From Oscillospiraceae bacterium (GTDB lineage Bacteria > Bacillota > Clostridia > Oscillospirales > Acutalibacteraceae): a stretch of DNA of 32,000 nucleotides. The position numbers and the translations under genes were made by a program. Below are positions 1 through 8,856 of this stretch, piece by piece. A model generated the notes under the pieces. That model worked only from the letters and a program-made list of their open reading frames with translations, searched no databases and was not told the DNA's origin. The stretch's first letter is position 1. Each line of letters starts with the position of its first letter. The DNA lies in assembly GCA_015066205.1 (NCBI GenBank), contig SVOV01000002.1, forward strand, positions 1 through 32,000, given 5' to 3'.

Positions 1-1
1 T

Positions 2-42
2 CAAAAAAAATTGTGAGACACCTTATGAAAAGTGTCTCACAA
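2..42 (-). terminator. Rho-independent terminator downstream of the acyl-CoA ligase gene
   Basis: Inverted repeat TTGTGAGACAC (11-21) / GTGTCTCACAA (32-42). The A-run at 3-10 on the + strand gives a U-run after the hairpin on the - strand. Confidence 0.7.
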
Positions 43-112
43 CTGTATAAATATTTGTTTCTGTCCTTAGCAACCCCGCTCATAAAGGGAAGCTTTGTTC
101 TTATTTTACAGA

Positions 113-1813
113 TTATTTAGCGGGGACGGGATCGGAGAGCTTTACGAAGTCTATCTTTTCCAGCTTGGTTCTGGGTAAAAGGTCGAAGAATTCTACTCTT
201 CTGGGACAGGCATAGCCCTCGATATTCTCTTTACAGAATGTGAGTATCTCTTCTGCAAGCTTTTCTCTGTCCGCTTCGGGATCCTTAAGAGAAACGCAGA
301 GCTTTACATCGGGCTTGCCCTCTTCATTATATCCCTGAACAGCACATATCTCGTTGAGGTAATCAAGCTGTGCGAGCTTTGCTTCGATTGTTGCGGGATA
401 AATATTATAGCCTGCAATAATTATAATTCTCTTCTTTCTTCCCGAGAAATAAACGAAGCCTTCCTCGTCAATATAGCCCATATCACCTGTTCTTATCCAG
501 TTTTTACCGTTTTTATCAGTGTAAATACCTGTATCCTGAACTGCATCATCGGGGAAATATCGGTTCATCATTGTGTCGCCGGAGAAAACGATCTCACCTA
601 TTGTACCTGAGGGAACCTCATTGCAGTCATCATCCCATATCTTAGCTTCAACGCTTACGAGGGGATATCCGACAGAGTCCTTGCTGTAAGCAAAGTGGGA
701 GTTGTTTGTGCAGACAGCACACATTTCTGTAAGACCGTAGCCGCGGCAAAGCTTTGCGGGAGCACCGTGCTTTTCCATAACAGCGTCAAACTTATCTACA
801 AATTCATTTGTAACAACATCACCGCCGGCGAAAAGCATTGCGAGATTCTTTGTGCCCTCATTTTCAAAATTGGGAGCCTCCATAAGCTTCTGGAACATTC
901 TCGGAACTGCCAATATTTCGGTAACACGGTATTTTCTTATAAGCTCATTAGCCTGAACGGGATCGAGCTTCGGAATCATAATGGGCTGATATGCATTACA
1001 GATGGCATAGTGCATTGCTCCGCCGAGGCCGAAGGCGTGGAAGCAAGGAAGAGTACACATAGAATAGCACTTGCAGTATTCGTGATATGTATCAAGAATA
1101 TAAAGATTAAAGGCAAGTGTATTAAAGGAGAAATTTGAATGGATAATGGTCTTGCTCTTTCCTGTTGTGCCGCCGCCGTGGAGATAAATTGCGTCGTCCT
1201 TGCCGGGAGCGGGAGCATCCTCTACTGCGGGAAGCTCCATTGCCATAATATCCATATAACGGATAACATTTTCATTTTCCGGCACGGGGGCATTTTGCAT
1301 TTCGTTACCCTTTGCGTATTTATATGCAATACCGTCACAGAAATCAGAGGTTGAGCAGACAATTGTCATATACTTTGAAATTACGGGACTGAAGGGCATT
1401 GCAAAAAGGTCAAGAATGAAAAGTCCCTTACTGCCTGTTTTTGCCATAATTTCAAGCAGCTGATTGGGAGGAGTCATGGGATGAATGAAATTTGAGATAA
1501 CGCCGAGCTTACTGAGAGCATAGAATGCAATAAAGGCATGTCCGCAGGAGGGAAGAAAAACAGTAATCACATCACCCTTTTTGATTCCCTTTGAATCCAA
1601 AAACGATGCCATTTTTTCTATGTCATTAAATAGTCTTGTCATAGAAGTGGCACTTTCGTACTGAAGAACAGGAGTGATAAAGGCATCATACTCACCGTGA
1701 TCGGCTGATATTCTTTTATAAGCATCCTTAAGATACTGATAGCAGGATTCGCTGCCGGGCTGTCTGAGATAGTTTTCTTTCGGAATTCTGAATTTTGAAC
1801 CTGTTAAATCCAT
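113..1813 (-). CDS. AMP-dependent acyl-CoA synthetase/ligase (fatty-acid--CoA ligase family)
   Basis: 566-aa ORF with adenylate-forming enzyme motifs: HGGGTTGKSKTI, RGYGLTE, TGDMGYIDEEGFVYFSGRKKRII. Confidence 0.85.
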   Translation of the reverse strand: MDLTGSKFRIPKENYLRQPGSESCYQYLKDAYKRISADHGEYDAFITPVLQYESATSMTRLFNDIEKMASFLDSKGIKKGDVITVFLPSCGHAFIAFYALSKLGVISNFIHPMTPPNQLLEIMAKTGSKGLFILDLFAMPFSPVISKYMTIVCSTSDFCDGIAYKYAKGNEMQNAPVPENENVIRYMDIMAMELPAVEDAPAPGKDDAIYLHGGGTTGKSKTIIHSNFSFNTLAFNLYILDTYHEYCKCYSMCTLPCFHAFGLGGAMHYAICNAYQPIMIPKLDPVQANELIRKYRVTEILAVPRMFQKLMEAPNFENEGTKNLAMLFAGGDVVTNEFVDKFDAVMEKHGAPAKLCRGYGLTEMCAVCTNNSHFAYSKDSVGYPLVSVEAKIWDDDCNEVPSGTIGEIVFSGDTMMNRYFPDDAVQDTGIYTDKNGKNWIRTGDMGYIDEEGFVYFSGRKKRIIIIAGYNIYPATIEAKLAQLDYLNEICAVQGYNEEGKPDVKLCVSLKDPEADREKLAEEILTFCKENIEGYACPRRVEFFDLLPRTKLEKIDFVKLSDPVPAK

Positions 1814-1860
1814 TATAAATATACCCTTTCAAAAAAATGTAAAGTTAATTTATTACACGC

Positions 1861-2041
1861 TGTAACATTTCTTACACATTATACCCTTTCTCATAAAGAT
1901 AAGTCAATATACAATTTGTGACATTTTGTACCAAATTTGAGCTTTCATCTGTCATAAAGCTATACCGTTCGGTTACACTGATTCAGCCGTTGTAACAAAT
2001 GTTACACATTGACAATTTGTGTGAAAAATGTTACATATAAT
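1861..2041. promoter_or_regulatory. Divergent promoter/operator region between the ligase and TetR genes
   Basis: Perfect palindrome TGTAACA-AA-TGTTACA at 1991-2006. Extra half sites at 1861-1867 and 2029-2035. TTGACA at 2009-2014 and TATAAT at 2036-2041. ATACCCTTTC direct repeat at 1821-1830 and 1881-1890. Confidence 0.5.
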
Positions 2042-2067
2042 ATATAAGCTGATGCAGGAGGGATATT

Positions 2068-2667
2068 ATGGCAAAGGAATACAGCTGTGTAAAAAGAACA
2101 AAGCAGGCATTCACAAACAGCCTTGTTGAATTATCAAAGGACACCCCGTGGAACAAAATAACCGTCAAAATGCTTTGCGAAAATGCGGGGCTTAGCCGTA
2201 ATGCCTTCTATTTTCATTATAAGGACATCAATGACCTTATAGAGGATATAGAAGATTCGGTAGTAAACGAGGCGACCTCAAATTTTGATACCTTCCGTGA
2301 AATAGGATTTCCTAAAAATGTTCACGCCACCGTTGTTGCCTTGATCGAGCTTATTGACAATAACCGTGAGATATGCAGAATGCTTTTTGAAAAATCCGAT
2401 TCATTCACGGAAAGAATGAATAAGGCATTCTGTGATTTTAACTATCAGTACTACAGTGATTTCCATGGAGACAACAAAAGAACGGTATATGACTTTTTCT
2501 ATATGTTCATTTCAAGCGGCTTTTACGGCCTCCTCAAATACTGGCTCGATAACCCCGATAAGCTCACAAAAAATGAACTCATCGGACTTGCCTTCGTTTT
2601 GGTAAAAAGACTCCTCGTCCTCGGCGACCCCGATATAAACTACAAACCGAAAAAGAAATCAGAATAA
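2068..2667 (+). CDS. TetR/AcrR-family transcriptional regulator
   Basis: 199-aa ORF. The N-terminal HTH (ITVKMLCENAGLSRNAFYFHYKDINDL) is typical of TetR_N. RBS GGAGGG lies upstream of the ATG. The gene is divergent from the ligase gene. Confidence 0.85.
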   Translation: MAKEYSCVKRTKQAFTNSLVELSKDTPWNKITVKMLCENAGLSRNAFYFHYKDINDLIEDIEDSVVNEATSNFDTFREIGFPKNVHATVVALIELIDNNREICRMLFEKSDSFTERMNKAFCDFNYQYYSDFHGDNKRTVYDFFYMFISSGFYGLLKYWLDNPDKLTKNELIGLAFVLVKRLLVLGDPDINYKPKKKSE

Positions 2668-2781
2668 TAAAAAATCTTACTATTTATCAACCCCCTACCC
2701 CGGGTCCTGTGGGTATGGGGTGCTTCTTGTTCAATAAGCTAAATTGCTCACAACGCGAGCAATTTCCTATATAATAAAGAA

Positions 2782-2826
2782 CAGACACATCAAAGCGGAA
2801 AACTCCGAAATGATGTGTCTGTTTTT
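2782..2826 (+). terminator. Hairpin plus T-run; member of a hairpin family also seen at 8766-8806 and 17968-18005
   Basis: CAGACACATCA (2782-2792) pairs with TGATGTGTCTG (2811-2821), followed by TTTTT. Confidence 0.5.
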
Positions 2827-2920
2827 ATATTCAACTGATACTCTGAATTCTTAATACATCAGAATCCGCACAAGCGGTATCAAAGAACTGGCAGGATATA
2901 AAAATATCCGCAAACTATCT

Positions 2921-2956
2921 TCTAAAAAAACAAAGGGAACGGCTTTTACCGTTCCC
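2921..2956 (-). terminator. Rho-independent terminator of the large LRR protein gene
   Basis: GGGAACGG (2935-2942) / CCGTTCCC (2949-2956). The A-run at 2924-2930 gives a U-run on the - strand just after the stop at 2965. Confidence 0.7.
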
Positions 2957-2964
2957 TTAAAGCT

Positions 2965-5900
2965 TTAATAATGAGCCGCACCGCATTCACACATGGGAGA
3001 AATTCCGAAAAGCTTCTGGAAGAAGTTAATAACCTTCCAGATAAAGCCCATAAAGCCTGACTTATGGCAGATGTGTGAGCACTTGATTTCCTCTTCATCA
3101 GAACCGAGGAATTCATCGCAATAATCACAGAATTCATCACCGTCATTGTCATTATGCTCAACTGTATCAACATAATCTGCAACATAGCTGTCCCCGCATT
3201 CGCAGGTGTAGGTTGTGAAGCCCTGTGCCGTACAGCTGGGAACTGTCACAACTGCATTATAATTATGAGAAAGCTTTGCTATAGCCTCGGTTTTTAAGGT
3301 TTCTCCACATACAGTACACTCAATATGCTTCAAACCTTCTTCTGCACATGTGGCATCAATGTCGATTATCCACTCAGAGTCAATGTGACCGTTAACACTA
3401 CAATAAGAAGTCCATTTAGCTACTATTTTACAGTCATTTTCGGGCATAAATCTGTAAGAAGCATCGGTAGAAACAAGTTGTCCATCTATATACCAACCAA
3501 CAAAAGCTTCACTTGTGTCAGCATACGCTTCTACTTTTGCAAACTCACCTTTGTTATACATACCACCGCCTATAGCAGGGCTAAGCAAACTATCAGATCC
3601 TACAGTCACAGTGATTGTTGCATTTTCCGTATCAAGAATTTCATCGATTTCAATTTCTTCATCCGATTCATTCCTTATGATAACTTGCTCTGCAAGACTT
3701 TTTGCAGGTGCATCGAAATCAGATTCTTTACTATCTACTTCAACAAAGAATTGCGAACCCTCTGATACAGAAATATCATAATAATTTATAGTTTCAATTG
3801 TCTGACCTGTAGTAAAGTCATATGTGTTGAAAGAGCAGTTCATTTCTCCATTATCGGTACCTGTTATTTCAAATCTATACTTAACATCTTCAGGTAAACA
3901 GAAACATTTTTGACCATTCGAATCAATGTAAATACTCAGATAACAATCTTCAGCTATATCAACGTTATCACCACAAATTGTTGCCAACAAAATATCATCT
4001 TCGTCATAAAGTTTAATATCAATTGGACAATTGTATTTTATTACACGATAACTCTTGCCGTTAATTTTCTCTATGATTGTCTCTCCATCCAAAGCCGTGA
4101 CCCATGCAAAATTCATCTCCGGGAAATGGGCAGGCTTTATATCTGAAGCATTTTCGATAAGAGTATAAACATAATTATATCCGGCTATACCGGTAATAAT
4201 CGCTTCGTCCACCATACCCAAAAGATTATATGAATCAATATAGCTAAGATTAAATTTGTCAATAGATGAGAGTATAGTTGCAAGAGTACTTCTCCATGCG
4301 TCATTTTTGTTGTTGAAAATTTTTGATTTGATTCCTTCAAACAAAGCAGCCTTTATTTCATTTATGGTATTTTCGGGGACCTCAACATTTTCGAAGCCTC
4401 CTCCTAAAAGTGCAATCATTAATTTTTGAACGGAGCTTTGATAATTATTTACATAATTGCTTGTGCTTTTTATGACGTTATTTGCAATAATTGTAATAAA
4501 TTCATCGAGATATCTACTCTGTGAAACATTTCCGTTAGGAGCAACAAAAGATATATCAAAAACTCTATTGAAGAGCCCTGTTGTCTTAACAGAAAATTTT
4601 GCATCATAAAAAGTAAAGTTTTCTGTATATTTTTTTCCGGTTATGTTTTTATGTTGTGTTTTCATCTTTTTTAGAAGAGTGTCATATTCTTTACTACCAT
4701 AAGTTTCCGGAGAAGGAAGGAAACAATCTACTCCATAACGGGAATATCCCCATGTTTCTGGTGCAACTTTAGGAACATAGTCAATGCGATTAATAATATT
4801 AAATATGTTGGTATAAAGTGCATTCTTTGTATTTTTATCTTTTGTGGGTATTGGTGTTTCAAAAGTATACGCATATACATCTTCTGGGGTATAATTTAAA
4901 GATGAAATATAACTGTAAGAACTTGCTCCTTCATCAAGAGTAGCTGCAACAAGGTTTGAAGTAGCGGCAGCACGTGAATATCCGGAAATCCAGAATTTAA
5001 CATCTCCGGTAATGTTATTATTTTTAATATAATCAGAAAGATAATTAAGCACTTTTTCTTTTGCTATTCTGAAACCTTCGTGCTCTTCTGCCGTTCCAAC
5101 ATTAAAATTACCGCCCCATTCAGCACCATATCCTGAGCCTCTTATGCCAATGGCAATAACAGTTGCGTTTCCAATTTTTTTGTTAGCAATAACACAAGCA
5201 ATAGAGTTCATCTGGGGGATACTCATATAATTATAATGTACCGGATTGGCAAAGCCTATTTTATTAAAAAATTCTCCCGCAGTTAAACTTGACATCAAAA
5301 TATCATTTGCCGCACACCCATGAGACTGAACTGCATAAATGATATTTTGCCAAGCGTTCCTTTTTTCAGCCTTTTCCTGTGCAGTCATTTCATCTTCATC
5401 TTTCTTCTTATATTTGGAAGAATAGGAACGGATTGCAGTCAATATTTCAGATATGTACTTGGGCTGGTTGTTTTCAAGGATAAATGTATCAGAAATTTTT
5501 GAATTATCTGCAAAAAACTCTTTAAAAATGTCATAATAGAGTTCATCAACCATTGCAGAAATAGCAAGACAGTTAGACATAATAGCGAGATCATGATTAT
5601 ATACATACGAACTGCCACTAAAATAGTTATCATTATAAGTAAAGGTATAATCTAATCCCAATACATTGTCTAATTTTTCCGTTATGTTGCCATTAACGTT
5701 TCCTGTTGTAAAGGAATATCCGCAACCATAATCACACAAATTGTTACCGTCTGAATCCTTATGACTTAATTTGTTGACATAATCTGCCACATAGCTGGCA
5801 TCACAAAGGCAAGAATATGTTGTATAGCCCATTGAAGTACAAGTAGGAGCAGTTACAACAGCAGTGTATGTGTGAGGGGTGTTGTAATGGTAATGTATAT

Positions 5901-8256
5901 TCGCATTCTTCAAGTAATCATTACCATAATCAATGGATATGTTTTTCCATTGCACTTTATCTCCACTGTAATATACATCTGTAAGACTAAAGCAGTTTAA
6001 GAATGCATCGTAACCAATGCTTGTTATGCTAGCAGAGATAGTAATTTCCTGAAGATTACGACAAAAATCGAACGCATGATTACCAATATTTGTTACGCTA
6101 TCAGGGATAGTAATTTTTTGAAGACTAAGGCAAAAATCGAACGCATAATTACCAATATCTGTAATACTATCGGGTATAATTATTTCCTTCAGACTACAAC
6201 AATCGGAAAAAGCATATTCGGCAATGTTTGTCACGGTATCAGGGATTACATATTCTGTATTCGGCTTATTTGCCGGATATGTAATCAATAGATCTTTTTC
6301 TTTACTAAACAATATTCCATATTCATCGTTTGAGAAATACTTATTATCTTCATTCACAATAATACTTGTAAGAGCAGCACAACCCCTAAATGCAAAGTTA
6401 CCGATAGAGCTTACCGAAGCCGGGATTTTTATACTTGTAAGACCGGAACAATAACTAAACGCATCACTGCCTATGGTTGTCACTGATTCTGGGATTGTTA
6501 TGTCTGTAAGGCTTTTACAACCCATAAACAAACCAACACCGATAGTGGTTATCGAATCAGGGATTGAAACATTTGTAAGTTTTTTACATTCGCTAAATGC
6601 ATAAGCACCTATGTTTGTTACCCCATTGGGTATTGCAATGCTTGTAAGACTTGAACATCCATAAAAGGCAGAATCGCCTATACTTGTTACGCTGGCGGGC
6701 ATTTCAATGCTTGTAAGACTTGAACATCCAAAAAATGCATCATCACCTATGCTTTTTACTCCGTCGGGGATTACAATGTTTGTAAGGATCCTGCAAAAAT
6801 CAAACGCACCAGCATCTATGCTTGTTACGCTATTCGGGATAAAATATTCTGTTATTGAAATATTTTCAGTATAACAAATTAAATGAGTTTTGTCCTTATT
6901 AAATAATACGCCATATTCATCATTTGAATAATACTCATTTTCTTCATCAACCAATATATAAGTAAGGTCGTTGCACCGAACAAATATTTCAAGACCAATG
7001 TATGTGACACTTTTGGGAATAAAAATTTCCGTAATCCTGTGACAATCGTAGAATGCCGTATCACCGATGGTTATTACGCTGTCGGGGATAGTAATTTTTT
7101 GAAGATATGAACACTCATAAAACGCAGAACCTGAGATAACCACAGTTCCTGGTTTTATGTTGTAATTTTCAGGTAAATTTTCATTGGCTTTTATCAGATA
7201 ATTACCTATATAAAGAACACCATCTTCCCAATTTGTTTCATTGTTATAATATGCAGTACCATAAAATGCATCTGAACCGATACTAATTACACTATCAGGG
7301 ATTGTTATTTCATTAAGATTTAAACAATCTTTAAATGCTTCAGCTGCAATACATACTGTTCCCGGTTTTACACTATAATTTTCAGGCAAATCGTTCTTTG
7401 CTTTTATCAGATAATTACCAAGATAAAGAACACCATTATCCCAGTTCTCATAATTGCTATAATATAAAGTGTTGTAAAACGCATTTGCACCAATACTTAT
7501 TATGCTATCGGGGAGAGTGATTTGTTGAAGATTATTTAAGTCCCTGAACGCATTTCCACAGATACTTGTTATGCCCTCAGAAATCACAACAGATTCAATT
7601 GAGTTTTTGAAATCATGCCAAGAAGATTTAATATCGCAATGCTCTCCTCCTAAATCATCTCTATAATATTTAGAATAAACATATATAGGGCCTGTTCCTG
7701 AAAAGGTTAATGTCCCAAAATGATCAAGTGTCCATTCAAGGTTGTTGCAACACGTTCCTTTTGCATAAAATCTGTAGTCATCCGGGTCAATTTGAACATC
7801 AAAATGAATAGTCAGATTAGACAAATTTTCATTACCTGCACCAACGGTTATTTCGCTCCACTGCGATTGAGAGCCTGAAAAATAAATATTAATTGATGAG
7901 TTTAACCCATTAAATGCATTTGCCCCAAACGATGTAATGCCTTTTTCAATATATATTTTTTTTACCGGAATTAATGATTCAATGGAAAACCCATCCGGAA
8001 AATCCCACATTGCACCAGTACCAGTAATAAAAGCCTTCTGTGTTTCAACGATGTAGTAAAAATATACATCATTACCTAATTGCTCTCTTACTGTATATGC
8101 CTCTGCAGTATCGGAAAATAACGAATTGTTATCAAATTCAGGCAAATTAAATTTGCTGAAATTAATATCAGGAAATTCAATTTCAAAAAAACCCTGTAGT
8201 GGTGCCATAGTCAGGCACATAACCACAACAAGCAGTGAACATAAGATTTTCTTCAT
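2965..8256 (-). CDS. Large secreted multidomain protein: signal peptide, BspA-type leucine-rich repeats, Cys-rich modules, lipase/alpha-beta-hydrolase-like domain, InlB-B/Listeria-Bacteroides-type repeat, Cys/His-rich C-terminal tail
   Basis: I place the start at the ATG at 8256 (MKKILCSLLVVVMCLTMAPLQG signal peptide, preceded by GGAGGTAAAG), not at 8355. There are many approximately 23-aa repeats of the form IPDSVTSIGxxAFxxCxxLxxI. The nucleophile-elbow-like motif is WISGYSRAAATSNL. A B-repeat-like segment reads FVGWYIDGQLVS. The tail is CSHICHK...CECGAAHY. Confidence 0.8.
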   Translation of the reverse strand: MKKILCSLLVVVMCLTMAPLQGFFEIEFPDINFSKFNLPEFDNNSLFSDTAEAYTVREQLGNDVYFYYIVETQKAFITGTGAMWDFPDGFSIESLIPVKKIYIEKGITSFGANAFNGLNSSINIYFSGSQSQWSEITVGAGNENLSNLTIHFDVQIDPDDYRFYAKGTCCNNLEWTLDHFGTLTFSGTGPIYVYSKYYRDDLGGEHCDIKSSWHDFKNSIESVVISEGITSICGNAFRDLNNLQQITLPDSIISIGANAFYNTLYYSNYENWDNGVLYLGNYLIKAKNDLPENYSVKPGTVCIAAEAFKDCLNLNEITIPDSVISIGSDAFYGTAYYNNETNWEDGVLYIGNYLIKANENLPENYNIKPGTVVISGSAFYECSYLQKITIPDSVITIGDTAFYDCHRITEIFIPKSVTYIGLEIFVRCNDLTYILVDEENEYYSNDEYGVLFNKDKTHLICYTENISITEYFIPNSVTSIDAGAFDFCRILTNIVIPDGVKSIGDDAFFGCSSLTSIEMPASVTSIGDSAFYGCSSLTSIAIPNGVTNIGAYAFSECKKLTNVSIPDSITTIGVGLFMGCKSLTDITIPESVTTIGSDAFSYCSGLTSIKIPASVSSIGNFAFRGCAALTSIIVNEDNKYFSNDEYGILFSKEKDLLITYPANKPNTEYVIPDTVTNIAEYAFSDCCSLKEIIIPDSITDIGNYAFDFCLSLQKITIPDSVTNIGNHAFDFCRNLQEITISASITSIGYDAFLNCFSLTDVYYSGDKVQWKNISIDYGNDYLKNANIHYHYNTPHTYTAVVTAPTCTSMGYTTYSCLCDASYVADYVNKLSHKDSDGNNLCDYGCGYSFTTGNVNGNITEKLDNVLGLDYTFTYNDNYFSGSSYVYNHDLAIMSNCLAISAMVDELYYDIFKEFFADNSKISDTFILENNQPKYISEILTAIRSYSSKYKKKDEDEMTAQEKAEKRNAWQNIIYAVQSHGCAANDILMSSLTAGEFFNKIGFANPVHYNYMSIPQMNSIACVIANKKIGNATVIAIGIRGSGYGAEWGGNFNVGTAEEHEGFRIAKEKVLNYLSDYIKNNNITGDVKFWISGYSRAAATSNLVAATLDEGASSYSYISSLNYTPEDVYAYTFETPIPTKDKNTKNALYTNIFNIINRIDYVPKVAPETWGYSRYGVDCFLPSPETYGSKEYDTLLKKMKTQHKNITGKKYTENFTFYDAKFSVKTTGLFNRVFDISFVAPNGNVSQSRYLDEFITIIANNVIKSTSNYVNNYQSSVQKLMIALLGGGFENVEVPENTINEIKAALFEGIKSKIFNNKNDAWRSTLATILSSIDKFNLSYIDSYNLLGMVDEAIITGIAGYNYVYTLIENASDIKPAHFPEMNFAWVTALDGETIIEKINGKSYRVIKYNCPIDIKLYDEDDILLATICGDNVDIAEDCYLSIYIDSNGQKCFCLPEDVKYRFEITGTDNGEMNCSFNTYDFTTGQTIETINYYDISVSEGSQFFVEVDSKESDFDAPAKSLAEQVIIRNESDEEIEIDEILDTENATITVTVGSDSLLSPAIGGGMYNKGEFAKVEAYADTSEAFVGWYIDGQLVSTDASYRFMPENDCKIVAKWTSYCSVNGHIDSEWIIDIDATCAEEGLKHIECTVCGETLKTEAIAKLSHNYNAVVTVPSCTAQGFTTYTCECGDSYVADYVDTVEHNDNDGDEFCDYCDEFLGSDEEEIKCSHICHKSGFMGFIWKVINFFQKLFGISPMCECGAAHY

Positions 8257-8547
8257 TGTCTTTACCTCCAAAAAAAAAGTGTGTGCAAGCCGAAGCTGCA
8301 CACACGAAAAACGCATAGCCTCGCTTGCTGCGACACAATCTTCTGACGAACCCAAAGGATGCCAAAATGAGGGTGCGTTTTTACCAAAAGTAAAAACACA
8401 TCCATCGGGTTCAGATTATTTGATTGCGTCGCAAGTTCAATATAACATAATATTCCAATAACTTCAAGTAAATAATAAAAATTCCTTTTACATTGATATA
8501 ACGTATGTTATAATACTTGAAAACGCACTTTCAAAAAGGAGAGCTGC

Positions 8548-8745
8548 TCGATAGAAGATGAAGTAAAAAGAGGAAGACAAGATAATCAGAAGATGAAGGC
8601 GTACCTTGTTATGCGATTACTTCAGAAGAACACGGATTTTGACAATTTAATGACCTCTGCGCAGATTGCTGATCTGCTGGATAGTTATGGTGTTTCTGCA
8701 CAAAAAAATCCAGTCAGAGAGACATCAACCAAATACAATCTTGAT
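8548..8745 (+). pseudogene. Truncated, frameshifted 5' fragment of a WYL-family regulator gene
   Basis: It encodes ...KRGRQDNQKMKAYLVMRLLQKNTDFDNLMTSAQIADLLDSYGVSAQ, near-identical to the N-terminus of the 369-aa ORF at 15840. The frame is lost near 8706 and homology ends at CTTGAT (8740-8745). Confidence 0.75.
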
Positions 8746-8753
8746 ATTTTCTT

Positions 8754-8813
8754 GCAAAAAAACATCAGACACATCATACCGAAAAACCGTAAAATGATGT
8801 GTCTGACTTTTTT
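8754..8813. terminator. Bidirectional hairpin terminator (copy of the GGGtGRT-gene terminator)
   Basis: CAGACACATCAT / ATGATGTGTCTG stem (8766-8806), flanked by an A-run on the left and a T-run on the right. Confidence 0.6.
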
Positions 8814-8856
8814 ATCAATGATTAAATCTGTGATTTACAAATAAACCTTTGAAAAT

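Larger units (their letters stand above)
8435..8856. mobile_element. Decayed remnant of a second, related integrative element lacking its integrase
   Basis: 8435-8745 is homologous to 15710-16036 of the intact element (promoter plus the 5' part of the WYL gene). 8740-8856 is homologous to 17943-18048 (integrase-upstream region plus terminator). Confidence 0.65.

Noticed and set aside
119-132. GGGGACGG 8-mer shared with the cassette motif at the 3' end of the ligase gene.
   Set aside because: Only 8 nt match, the flanks differ, and it lies within conserved coding sequence (…DPVPAK). It is most likely chance.
695-1354. ORFs 695-1138(+), 976-1218(-) and 1139-1354(+) inside or antisense to the acyl-CoA ligase gene. 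Similar shadow ORFs lie inside other long genes: 3325-3781, 3910-4146, 5320-5633, 6076-6454, 6879-7064, 7335-7520, 14620-15432, 16643-16898, 17264-17476, 18037-18440, 18714-19154, 19192-19515, 19862-20050, 20078-20347, 20354-20719, 20819-21529, 21830-22385, 23109-23378, 23832-24294, 24814-25179, 25671-25953, 27589-28039, 28601-28825, 29351-29569 and 31200-31454.
   Set aside because: They overlap longer ORFs that carry clear family motifs. They have no RBS and show low-complexity or Cys/Ile-rich shadow-frame composition.
2830-2960. A third att copy (GGGtGRT 3' fragment) to the right of the 2782 hairpin.
   Set aside because: I could not find a recognisable match to GGCTTATTTGCTTGC...CATGGGGTTGTTACCTGC in this interval by eye. 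Only the hairpin itself is similar.
8257-8355. N-terminal extension of the LRR protein (start at 8355), plus ORFs 8126-8461(+) and 8183-8365(-).
   Set aside because: A canonical signal peptide begins at the ATG at 8256, which is directly preceded by GGAGGTAAAG. The extension has no RBS and would bury the signal peptide.
8593-8844. 83-aa ORF called as a gene.
   Set aside because: Only its first ~38 aa match the WYL regulator. The rest is out-of-frame read-through across a deletion junction and a terminator hairpin. It is treated as a pseudogene.
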